NCBI GenBank assembly: GCA_964607685.1
Contig: CAZSOF010000003.1
Location: forward strand, 1-42,311
Reading direction: 5' to 3'
Length of the DNA: 42,311 nt
Source: an uncultured Acidimicrobiaceae bacterium
GTDB taxonomy: Bacteria; Actinomycetota; Acidimicrobiia; Spongiisociales; ZC4RG35
This document shows positions 8,910 to 20,422 of the stretch, piece by piece; within the stretch, counting starts at the first letter, position 1, and each line of letters begins with the position of its first letter. The translations under genes and the position numbers were made by a program. Under the pieces are notes generated by a model. It was not told the origin of the DNA, ran no database searches, and saw only the letters and a list, made by a program, of their open reading frames with translations.

Positions 8910-9396
8910 TCGACCACGCGAGCGTGTCGCCCGGCTGGGTCGGCCCATCGGGTTGAAGGGGTTTCTCGGGCTCTATGTCGATGACGAGGATCTGGTCCAC
9001 TTCCAACCTGACTCGACCGTCTACGTGGAAGCCGACCCATACACGGTACGGGCCATTCGCCGTGGGAACAGGGGCTATGAGGTGGCGTTCTCCGAAGTCA
9101 CCGATCGAGATGGTGCGGATGCCATCAGAGGTCTCGACATTCACGTGTCGTGGCGTCGCCGGCTGGTCGACAACGAGTACTGGCCCCACGACCTGGTGGG
9201 GCTCGGCGTGCGACCGGGAGGCGGCGTGATCGTGGCGGTGCACCACGGACCGACGCAGGACCGGCTGGTGGTGGAGAGGGACGGGTCCACGTTCGAGGTG
9301 CCATTCGTAGACGAGCTCGTGCCCGTGGTCGACATCGCCGGCGGGTTCGTCGAGATCTCCGAGATCGAAGGGCTCAGTCCGCCGTCAAGTCGATGA
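8857..9396 (+). CDS. rimM: 16S rRNA processing protein RimM (start uncertain)
   Basis: VARLGRPIGLKGFLGLYV...WPHDLVGLGV fits the RimM N-terminal and PRC-barrel pattern, and the position is conserved. There is no ATG/GTG/TTG between the KH stop and the conserved VARLGRP. The nearest in-frame canonical start upstream is GTG 8857, inside the KH gene. Confidence 0.8.
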   Translation: MPPARRRGSALESSSSTDRPRERVARLGRPIGLKGFLGLYVDDEDLVHFQPDSTVYVEADPYTVRAIRRGNRGYEVAFSEVTDRDGADAIRGLDIHVSWRRRLVDNEYWPHDLVGLGVRPGGGVIVAVHHGPTQDRLVVERDGSTFEVPFVDELVPVVDIAGGFVEISEIEGLSPPSSR

Positions 9397-10225
9397 TGAC
9401 ACCTTCCAGGGTCCCATCCTCGGGGCTGGCCTCACCCACGAACACCGATGACCTTCCGGCGGGCAGGATCGTCTCGGCGCGGAACTCACCCCAGGTGGTG
9501 ATGTAGTCGGCGGCGGTGGTGGTGGTCTCCAACACGGTCTCTCCGTCAGTGGTGACCAGGAACAGGACATTGCCATCGAAGGTCCTCGAGTAGCCCATCA
9601 TCTGGACCAGTCGGTCGACTTCGGATTCGGCGGTGGGCGACACGACAACCACTCGGTCGCCGACCGATGCCTCCCCCTCGAATGGGACGAAGCCGGGTTT
9701 GAGGTCGAGGGTGAGGGCGGCCGGGGAGGATTGGGCGCTCGCCCGGGCCGCTGCCGGTTGCGACAGGTGGAGGTCGACGAACATGGCGCCGTCGAGGGCC
9801 CTCACGACGTAGAGACGATCGACGAGATCTGTCTCGACCAGTTGGTCGGTCAGCACCGTCGACTCCACCTCCATGGCGATCCGGATCACCTGGAAGGACT
9901 CCAGATGGTCGATGGTCACGCTGGGGACCGTCGTGGCCGGTGCCCCCTCGGAAGTCTCGAACTCGAACCGAAAGCTCTCACACTGGTCGCTGACCTCCCA
10001 ACTGATGCGTCCGATGGTTCGGCTGTCCGATTCAGCACCGTCGATGTCGGCGATGCCCCCGCCTTCTTCGAACTCACCCGTGCCGGGACACTCGACGACA
10101 GGGGGGAGCGTGGTTGTCGGTTCAGCTGTGGTGGGAACCCCCATCGTGGTTGTGCTCGCGCCCACCCCATTGCCCGCGCATGCGGCTAGCAGCACAGCCA
10201 AGACCCCAGTAGCGACCTGTCTCAT
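9374..10225 (-). CDS. Secreted lipoprotein with probable Gmad2-type Ig-like C-terminal domain
   Basis: From ATG 10225 the protein begins MRQVATGVLAVLLAACAGNG, a signal peptide with an LAAC lipobox, followed by a Thr/Pro linker. The C-terminal segment (MGYSRTFDGNVLFLVTTDGETVLE...TWGEFRAETILPAG...EASPEDGTLEGV) resembles the Gmad2 Ig-like domain. The track ORF extends 271 codons further upstream, antisense to trmD, which I consider spurious. Confidence 0.75.
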   Translation of the reverse strand: MRQVATGVLAVLLAACAGNGVGASTTTMGVPTTAEPTTTLPPVVECPGTGEFEEGGGIADIDGAESDSRTIGRISWEVSDQCESFRFEFETSEGAPATTVPSVTIDHLESFQVIRIAMEVESTVLTDQLVETDLVDRLYVVRALDGAMFVDLHLSQPAAARASAQSSPAALTLDLKPGFVPFEGEASVGDRVVVVSPTAESEVDRLVQMMGYSRTFDGNVLFLVTTDGETVLETTTTAADYITTWGEFRAETILPAGRSSVFVGEASPEDGTLEGVIIDLTAD

Positions 10226-10294
10226 TTCAAACAGTATGGGCACACCGAGATGGTGCTGGCAGTCGAACTGGGCGGTCCCTCTACCCTCACCTGG

Positions 10295-10978
10295 GTGAAG
10301 ATCAACGTGCTCACCATGTTCCCGGACTACTTCGACGGGCCGCTGCGCACGTCCATCGTCGGCCGCGCCATCGAAGATGGTGTGCTCACCGTGAACGTCG
10401 TCGATCTCCGGGAGCACGGAGTCGGGCGTCACAAACAGCTCGACGATGCTCCCTTTGGCGGTGGCCCGGGGATGGTGATGATGATCGAGCCCCTGGCCGC
10501 AGCCTTGCAGCCCCTCTCCGGGACGCACCGGGTGTTCTTCACGCCCGCGGGCGAGCAGTTGACCCAAGCGACGCTCGACGATTGGGCGGGAAGAGCCGAG
10601 CTCACCTTCTTGTGTGGCCGGTTCGAGGGCGTGGACCAACGGGTCATAGACCATTACATCGACCAGGAGGTGAGTCTCGGGGACTACGTGCTCGCCGGTG
10701 GGGAGGTGGCGGTTGCAGCTGCCATCGAAGGTATCGCCCGACTCCTCCCCGGAGTGGTGGGCAATCCGGAGTCGACCGCCAAGGAGTCGTTCCGGGGTGG
10801 GCTCTTGGAGGAGCCGGTCTACACGAGACCCGCCGACTTCCAGGGATGGAGGGTTCCCGAAGTGCTGCTCAGCGGTGATCACCGCCGCATCGAAGAGTGG
10901 CGAGCCCAGCAACGGCAGAGCCGAACCAGGGAGCGGCGACCCGATCTGCCCTCGAATGGCGAGGAATCCGATAGCTGA
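10295..10978 (+). CDS. trmD: tRNA (guanine37-N1)-methyltransferase
   Basis: [17 protein letters not shown]...GGGPGMVM...[12 protein letters not shown]...[11 protein letters not shown] are TrmD hallmarks. GTG 10295 gives the canonical N-terminus. Confidence 0.95.
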   Translation: MKINVLTMFPDYFDGPLRTSIVGRAIEDGVLTVNVVDLREHGVGRHKQLDDAPFGGGPGMVMMIEPLAAALQPLSGTHRVFFTPAGEQLTQATLDDWAGRAELTFLCGRFEGVDQRVIDHYIDQEVSLGDYVLAGGEVAVAAAIEGIARLLPGVVGNPESTAKESFRGGLLEEPVYTRPADFQGWRVPEVLLSGDHRRIEEWRAQQRQSRTRERRPDLPSNGEESDS

Positions 10979-11036
10979 TACAATTCTGCCGTCCGGGACC
11001 CCCGTGACCTCTCCCGGCGGTTTCCAGGAGTCCTCC

Positions 11037-11381
11037 ATGAACGATCTTCAAGCCGTAGAAAACGCGCATGTGCGCGATGACATCCCCGATTTCCGAGCCG
11101 GTGACACGGTCAAGGTCCACGTGCGGGTGGTGGAGGGCGGTCGCGAGCGCATTCAGGTCTTCGAGGGTGTCGTGATCGCTCGCAAGGGGAGCGGGCCACG
11201 TGCTTCGTTCACAGTCCGGAAGCTGAGCTTCGGTGTGGGGGTGGAGAGGGTCTTTCCCGTGCACGCACCGATCATCTCCAGGATCGAGGTTGTTCGCAGG
11301 GGCGATGTGCGCCGCTCCAAGCTCTACTACCTTCGTGATCGGGTGGGTAAATCCGCCCGGATCAAGGAGCTGCGCGACTGA
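11037..11381 (+). CDS. rplS: 50S ribosomal protein L19
   Basis: From ATG 11037: [51 protein letters not shown]..., canonical L19. Confidence 0.96.
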   Translation: MNDLQAVENAHVRDDIPDFRAGDTVKVHVRVVEGGRERIQVFEGVVIARKGSGPRASFTVRKLSFGVGVERVFPVHAPIISRIEVVRRGDVRRSKLYYLRDRVGKSARIKELRD

Positions 11382-11515
11382 GTACCGAGCCGCGCGGCAG
11401 GGACGTCGAGGAGGATCGAGACTCTTCGAGCGCGCCGCAAGGGCCCCAACCGGGCCCGGGCCAACCCGAGCCGACCCCGGACAAAGAGAAGAGGAAGCGC
11501 TCCTTCTGGGCTGAA

Positions 11516-12073
11516 TTGCCGGGCCTGTTCCTCACCGCCCTGGTGATCGCAGTCCTGATCAAGACATTCCTGGTCCAGCCGTTCTGGATTCCCTCCGAGT
11601 CCATGCTGGACACCATTCACGTCGATGACCGGGTGATGGTCAACAAGCTCGCGTTCCGGTTCGGTGAGCCACAACGGGGTGACATCGTCGTGTTTCGCGA
11701 TCCCGCCGAGCCCGAGATCGACGAGTCCGTTCCCGAGGCGGTCATCCGCTCGGTACTCGAGGCGGTGGGCATCCGTACCCGTGGCCGGGACGATCTCATA
11801 AAGCGCGTCATCGGCTTGCCGGGGGAGACGGTGACGATCGTCGACAACCGAGTCAGGATCGATGGTGTGCCCATATCGGAGCCCTATCTGGCCGACACGG
11901 TGACGATGCCCGACGACGGTCCCTTCAACGTGGGCTCCGGCGAGGTGTTCGTCATGGGGGACAATCGTCAGTTCAGTTTCGATAGTCGGCGCTTCGGGAA
12001 CATCGCGATGGATGACCTCGTGGGCAGGGCTTTTGTCATCATCTGGCCGCTGGACAACTTCGCCGGCCTCTAG
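11516..12073 (+). CDS. lepB: Signal peptidase I (start uncertain, may lie upstream)
   Basis: IPSESMLDT carries the catalytic Ser box. Also present are GDIVVF, KRVIGLPGE and GDNRQFSFDSR. TTG 11516 is the only canonical start, but the in-frame upstream sequence reads KEKRKRSFWAEL, like a typical LepB N-terminus. Confidence 0.9.
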   Translation: MPGLFLTALVIAVLIKTFLVQPFWIPSESMLDTIHVDDRVMVNKLAFRFGEPQRGDIVVFRDPAEPEIDESVPEAVIRSVLEAVGIRTRGRDDLIKRVIGLPGETVTIVDNRVRIDGVPISEPYLADTVTMPDDGPFNVGSGEVFVMGDNRQFSFDSRRFGNIAMDDLVGRAFVIIWPLDNFAGL

Positions 12074-12199
12074 TCGATTCACCCCGGGCCACGGGATCGG
12101 GGGCGTACGGGTGTCTAGAAACCATCCCCCCCATTTGGTATTCGTTAAGTCGGAGCCGGGCATATGATCGCCGTGGTCCGCCAGAGAGTCGAGGAGAAG

Positions 12200-12496
12200 A
12201 TGGACGAAGACCTGGAGCGCTACGAGACCGAGGTCGAGCTCAAGCTCTACAAGGAGTATCACGACGTGCTCCCGATGTTCGAGTTCGTCGTGGAGACCGA
12301 GCGACGCTTCTATCTCGCCAACAAGGTGGACGTCGAAGTCAAGAACGCCAACGGTTCGACCTATTTCGAAGTGATCATGAGTGACGCTTGGGTATGGGAC
12401 ATGTTCCGTCCGGCTCGATTCCTCGAAACCGTCCGGGTCCTCACCTTCCGCGACGTGAACGTTGAGAAGTTGGAGAAGACGGAGATCTCCATCTGA
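12200..12496 (+). CDS. DUF2469 domain-containing protein
   Basis: MDEDLERYETEVELKLYKEYHDVLPMF... matches the conserved actinobacterial DUF2469 protein found between lepB and yraN. ATG 12200 is preceded by GAGGAG. An alternative ATG lies at 12164. Confidence 0.85.
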   Translation: MDEDLERYETEVELKLYKEYHDVLPMFEFVVETERRFYLANKVDVEVKNANGSTYFEVIMSDAWVWDMFRPARFLETVRVLTFRDVNVEKLEKTEISI

Positions 12497-12519
12497 TCCA
12501 CCCTCGCCTTCCGCTGGGT

Positions 12520-12813
12520 GTGGCCGGGGAGCATCTGGCAGCCTGGTGGCTCACCACGCAAGGCATGACGATCCTGGATCGGAACCTGGAGATCGAAGGT
12601 GGTGAGATCGACCTCCTCGCCGTCGATCACGGGCGACGCGTGGCCGTCGAGGTGCGCGCCATCAGCGGGGCCGGCGATCCGATAGATGCCATCGATCGGG
12701 GCAAACGCCGTCATGTGGGCGCACTTGCGAGGTCCTTGGGGGCCGCTCGCGTGGACCTCGTGGGTCTCGCCTTTCGAAATGGAGGCGTCGAGGTCCATTA
12801 CGTGCCTGGTTAA
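12520..12813 (+). CDS. yraN: YraN-family (UPF0102) endonuclease-like protein
   Basis: GEHLAAWWLTTQGMTILDRNLEIEGGEIDLLAVD fits the UPF0102 pattern, and the position next to DUF2469 is conserved. Confidence 0.82.
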   Translation: MAGEHLAAWWLTTQGMTILDRNLEIEGGEIDLLAVDHGRRVAVEVRAISGAGDPIDAIDRGKRRHVGALARSLGAARVDLVGLAFRNGGVEVHYVPG

Positions 12814-12839
12814 CTTGGAGTGCGCGAAGGCCGTTTCTA

Positions 12840-13751
12840 ATGTCTGATTCGATGTCAGCCGGATCCGCAGCAATCCGGGTCAGCGGTCTCCACAAGCGTT
12901 ACGGCCGTACCGTCGCGCTCGACGGGCTCGACCTCGAGATCCCTTCGGGCCAGCTGACCGGATTCCTCGGACCCAACGGAGCAGGGAAGACCACGACCTT
13001 CCGGGCGATACTTGGGCTGACCAAGCCCGATACGGGCGAGATCGAGGTCCTTGGCCTCCCGGTTCCATCACGACTCCCTGAAATCGTGAAGAGAGTTGGC
13101 GTCATCGTCGAAGAGCCGGGTCTCATCAAGGCGCTCAACGGTCGGACCAATCTCAGCATCGCCGCCGACACACTCGGATTCGGGCATCAGCGCATCGACG
13201 GGCTCTTGGAATTCGTCGGTCTCACTGCGGATGCCAACCGTCGCTCAGGTGACTACTCCAAGGGAATGAGGCAGCGTCTGGCCCTGGCTGCCGCCCTGAT
13301 CGGCGATCCTGAGCTGCTGATTCTCGACGAGCCGCTCGACGGGCTGGACCCTGCGGGTCAACACGCCTTTCGTGCCCGTCTCCGCGACCTCGCATCCGAG
13401 GGCACGACCGTGGTGGTCTCCACTCATGTCCTGGCGGACATCGAGGCGCTGGCCGACCATGTGATCGTCATCGACCGCGGCCGCCTCGTCACCCAGGGCA
13501 CGCTGGAGGAGTTGCTCGGCGGAGGCAACACCAGGGTGAAGGTCGACGATCTGGCCGCAGCGGGGAGCGCTTTGGCTGCCGCCGGGCTCGAGGCTCATCG
13601 AGACGACCACGGCTTGATCGTCGACTCCGACGACGGCGCAGCCATCGTCAAAGTCTTGACCGACGTCGGTATCTACCCCGCGGAGGTCCGTCCCGAGCGA
13701 AGCACTCTGGAGTCGGTGTTCCTCGGGCTCACCGGCATGGCCGTGCGATGA
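12840..13751 (+). CDS. ABC transporter ATP-binding protein (ABC-2/DrrA-like)
   Basis: Walker A GPNGAGKTT, signature-like YSKGMRQR and Walker B LILDEPLDGLD are present, with an extra C-terminal domain. Confidence 0.92.
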   Translation: MSDSMSAGSAAIRVSGLHKRYGRTVALDGLDLEIPSGQLTGFLGPNGAGKTTTFRAILGLTKPDTGEIEVLGLPVPSRLPEIVKRVGVIVEEPGLIKALNGRTNLSIAADTLGFGHQRIDGLLEFVGLTADANRRSGDYSKGMRQRLALAAALIGDPELLILDEPLDGLDPAGQHAFRARLRDLASEGTTVVVSTHVLADIEALADHVIVIDRGRLVTQGTLEELLGGGNTRVKVDDLAAAGSALAAAGLEAHRDDHGLIVDSDDGAAIVKVLTDVGIYPAEVRPERSTLESVFLGLTGMAVR

Positions 13752-14512
13752 GTCTCCTCCACGCCGAGTACCGAAAGATCACACGGCGCAGGCTGTACCC
13801 GGTTATGGCCCTTCTACTCTTGGCGTTCGTCGGGTTGGCTGCGTTCTTCCTCATCGTCTTTGGCGAGATCGCTCCCGGCCTGGCGGACCAACTCCCCGTG
13901 CTGGAGAAACCCGGGGTCTACACGGTTGGCGCCCAACAGGCGGTCACCCAAACCTGGTTTCCACTGATCCTCGCGGTCGTCCTGTTGGGAGGAGAGTTGA
14001 GCACGACGGTATGGGCCACGTCCCTGACCCGAGACTCGCGCAAGCTGCACCAGATCCTCAGCCGGTTCGGCGTCTACTCGGCGGCCACCGCCCTGGCCTT
14101 CCTCGTGGCCTTTGGGTTTTGGGTCTTGCTCGCTCTCATCTTCTCCCCTGGGGAGGGGTTCATGGAGAGCGACGAATTGATCGGCGTCGCCTGGAAGTCG
14201 GCCGTGGTCGCCATCGCCTGGACTTCTTTGGGCACCGCCGCCGTGGCTTGGCTGCGTTCCGTTGGGCCGGCCATCGGAGCCGGGCTGGTGATCTACTTCG
14301 CCGAGAGTTTCCTGGCGCTCTGGGATCCCTGGGAGAATGTGTCGATCACCGCGGCAACGACAGCGTTGTTCTCAGTCGACTTCGGTGGTGGATTCGCTGC
14401 GCTCATCCCCGGGGCCAGTCTGGAGCGATGGCATCAGTTGGCGATCCTCGCCGGTTGGACCCTGGTGGGGCTGGGCCTCACATGGTGGGGTCTTCAACGC
14501 CGTGACGCCTGA
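13748..14512 (+). CDS. ABC-2 type transporter permease
   Basis: A multi-span hydrophobic protein with about six predicted helices. The start overlaps the ATPase gene stop as ATGA. Confidence 0.8.
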   Translation: MSLLHAEYRKITRRRLYPVMALLLLAFVGLAAFFLIVFGEIAPGLADQLPVLEKPGVYTVGAQQAVTQTWFPLILAVVLLGGELSTTVWATSLTRDSRKLHQILSRFGVYSAATALAFLVAFGFWVLLALIFSPGEGFMESDELIGVAWKSAVVAIAWTSLGTAAVAWLRSVGPAIGAGLVIYFAESFLALWDPWENVSITAATTALFSVDFGGGFAALIPGASLERWHQLAILAGWTLVGLGLTWWGLQRRDA

Positions 14513-14709
14513 GAGCCATAGCGCCGTCTCAGCTCCTTGTGCCAACAACCATGATGCCAATGCCGACGATCGTCGACGTCATCGTCGGGAACCACCACAA
14601 CGTGGAAGATCCCTGTCGGGATGGTGTTGTCGCAGCCAGGGCAGAGGTACTCCTTGTTCGCCTGGTAGGGCTGAACCGGGGTGACGGTCACCCGGAGAAG
14701 ATCGCCCAT
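14494..14709 (-). CDS. Conserved actinobacterial small zinc-ribbon protein (CPGC...HWHHGCW)
   Basis: YQANKEYLCPGCDNTIPTGIFHVVVVPDDDVDDRRHWHHGCWHKE matches the small proteins often annotated as ATP/GTP-binding in Actinomycetota (CPGC...HVV...RRHWH..CW). The start is ATG 14709 or GTG 14691. The track ORF reaches 14874 but its N-terminus looks non-coding. Confidence 0.65.
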   Translation of the reverse strand: MGDLLRVTVTPVQPYQANKEYLCPGCDNTIPTGIFHVVVVPDDDVDDRRHWHHGCWHKELRRRYGSQASRR

Positions 14710-14801
14710 GCGATGACCGCCAGTGTGGCCAACACGGCCAACACCACCATGACTATGTCGAGGACCGTCTTCCGGTGCTCTCGGAACGGATTGAAGCCCA
14801 C
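14688..14801 (-). CDS. Candidate 37-aa single-pass membrane peptide
   Basis: Below the ORF-track length cutoff. My translation from GTG 14801: VGFNPFREHRKTVLDIVMVVLAVLATLAVIAWAIFSG*. It has one clear transmembrane helix. Its TGA (14690..14688) overlaps GTG 14691..14689, an alternative start for the zinc-ribbon gene. Confidence 0.35.
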   Translation of the reverse strand: MGFNPFREHRKTVLDIVMVVLAVLATLAVIAWAIFSG

Positions 14802-14844
14802 GGCATGACGGTAACTGGCTCTGGCGCATGTCTACTGTCAACCC

Positions 14845-15624
14845 GTGACCTGGCTCAGGACCGAAACCCGCCACGCCGTCCGCTGGTTGACCATCGACCG
14901 ACCGGAGCGCAAGAACGCAATACCGGCCGATGGCTGGCCTGTGCTCGGCGAGGCGCTCACGGAGTTCGAGCGAAGTTCCGATCGAGTGCTGGTGGTGACC
15001 GGGGCCGGAGGTGAGTTCTGCGCCGGGGCCGAGCTCGACTCCGAGCGCTTCGGGGCAGACAAGTCAACGGCCGACGCTCATCGCAGGATGAAGCTGGTGG
15101 GAGGGGTGGCCACGGCGCTGCACAGGACGACGAAGCCCACGATCGCGGCGGTTGACGGTGTGGCCGTGGGAGCCGGGATGAACCTGGCACTGGGGTGTGA
15201 TGTCGTCATCGCCAGCGAGCGTGCCAGATTCTCCGAGATCTTCGTGCGGCGTGGCCTGACGGTGGACTTCGGTGGCACCTGGCTGTTGCCCCGAATAGTC
15301 GGTCTGCAACGGGCCAAGGAGCTGGCCCTCTCCGGAAGGATCATCGGGGCGTCGGAGGCCCGGGATCTGGGTCTCGTCATCGAAGTGGTTCCAATCGACC
15401 GGCTTCGATCTCGGGCAGGGGAGGTCGCCGATTCCTTCCTGGCCGGGGCGCCCATCGCCCAGATGTTCGCCAAACGGGGGATCAACACCGCCTTGGAGTC
15501 GAGTTTCAGCGAGGCTGTCGGCTGGGAGGGTCAGTCACAGGCGATCGCCATGGGGACCCAGGACGTGGTTGAGGGAGTGACAGCCTTCCTGGAGAAACGG
15601 GATCCTCGATGGAGGGGAAGGTAG
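14845..15624 (+). CDS. Enoyl-CoA hydratase/isomerase (crotonase) family protein
   Basis: A crotonase fold is indicated by LTIDRPERKNAI, VVTGAGGEFCAGAEL, AAVDGVAVGAGMNLALGCD and EGVTAFLEKR. Confidence 0.9.
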   Translation: MTWLRTETRHAVRWLTIDRPERKNAIPADGWPVLGEALTEFERSSDRVLVVTGAGGEFCAGAELDSERFGADKSTADAHRRMKLVGGVATALHRTTKPTIAAVDGVAVGAGMNLALGCDVVIASERARFSEIFVRRGLTVDFGGTWLLPRIVGLQRAKELALSGRIIGASEARDLGLVIEVVPIDRLRSRAGEVADSFLAGAPIAQMFAKRGINTALESSFSEAVGWEGQSQAIAMGTQDVVEGVTAFLEKRDPRWRGR

Positions 15625-15740
15625 CCACCTGACCCGCTGGTGGCCCATCTCGTGAGTCCACCGACCACCAGCGGCCAGATGACGCCGCTCGCGGCGTGTG
15701 GGGCTGGGGCCGAAAGGCTCGAGACTTGTGGTCGGCTGTG

Positions 15741-15767
15741 TTTATCGACCCGAAACAAAGTCGAAAC
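15741..15767 (+). promoter_or_regulatory. Candidate GlnR-type operator upstream of amt
   Basis: Two GAAAC half-sites at 15752..15756 and 15763..15767 are spaced 11 bp start to start. They lie in an AT-richer patch about 85-100 bp upstream of the amt start. GAAAC is the b-site of the actinobacterial GlnR box. The a-sites here (TTTAT and similar) match poorly. Confidence 0.3.
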
Positions 15768-15850
15768 GATGTTCTCTTACGTTGCCTCATCCAATAGCAG
15801 TCAACCCGGCGCACCTCAGTGTGAGGCCCGGGCCGGCGGAGGAGGCACAA

Positions 15851-19948
<4,098 letters not shown>

Positions 19949-19966
19949 GATCCGACTGGCCTACAC

Positions 19967-20410
19967 CTAGTCCTCCCCGATGTCCTCGCTCCAGACGTCA
20001 GGATGGGCGCTGACAAACTCATGCATGAGCCGGATACATCTCCAATCGTCAACCACCTCGACGATGACGCCGTTGTCGCGAAGGTGGTCCTCGGCTCCCA
20101 TGAAGGTCCGATTCTCCCCCACCACCACGTGAGGGATCCCGTAGAGGAGGATGGCGCCCGAGCACATGCTGCATGGAGACAACGTGGTGTAGATGACCGA
20201 TCGCCGATAGTCGGCAGATTCGAGCCTTCCCGCGTTCTCCAGCGCGTCCATCTCACCGTGCAGGATCGCCGATCCCTCTTGCACCCTCCGATTGTGACCC
20301 CTACCCACGATCTCGTCCCCGATCATGAGGGCCGACCCGATCGGGATACCACCTTCCTTCAGGCCGATGAGCGCTTCCTCGAGCGCGGCCTCCATGCCCT
20401 CCGATGACAT
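19967..20410 (-). CDS. Cytosine deaminase of the CDA/Fcy1 (zinc, cytidine-deaminase-fold) type
   Basis: Zinc motifs HGEMDALE and SPCSMCSGAI are present. The layout GGIPIGS...GRGHNRR...LYGIPHVVVGEN...WSEDIGED follows yeast Fcy1 as I recall it, including the C-terminal W-x-EDIGE. Confidence 0.82.
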   Translation of the reverse strand: MSSEGMEAALEEALIGLKEGGIPIGSALMIGDEIVGRGHNRRVQEGSAILHGEMDALENAGRLESADYRRSVIYTTLSPCSMCSGAILLYGIPHVVVGENRTFMGAEDHLRDNGVIVEVVDDWRCIRLMHEFVSAHPDVWSEDIGED

Positions 20411-20422
20411 GATCCCGATCCT

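Noticed and set aside
10226-11038. Upstream 271 codons of the 554-aa minus-strand ORF 9374..11038
   Set aside because: This part is antisense to trmD and the start of rplS and has a shadow-like composition. An internal ATG at 10225 gives a clean signal peptide with a lipobox, so only 9374..10225 is credible.
12074-12199. Possible terminator or small RNA in the lepB-DUF2469 spacer (C-rich run ATCCCCCCCATTTGG)
   Set aside because: Only weak 4-5-bp complementarities are present, with no convincing stem followed by a U-tract. It is probably plain spacer left where rnhB sits in other genomes.
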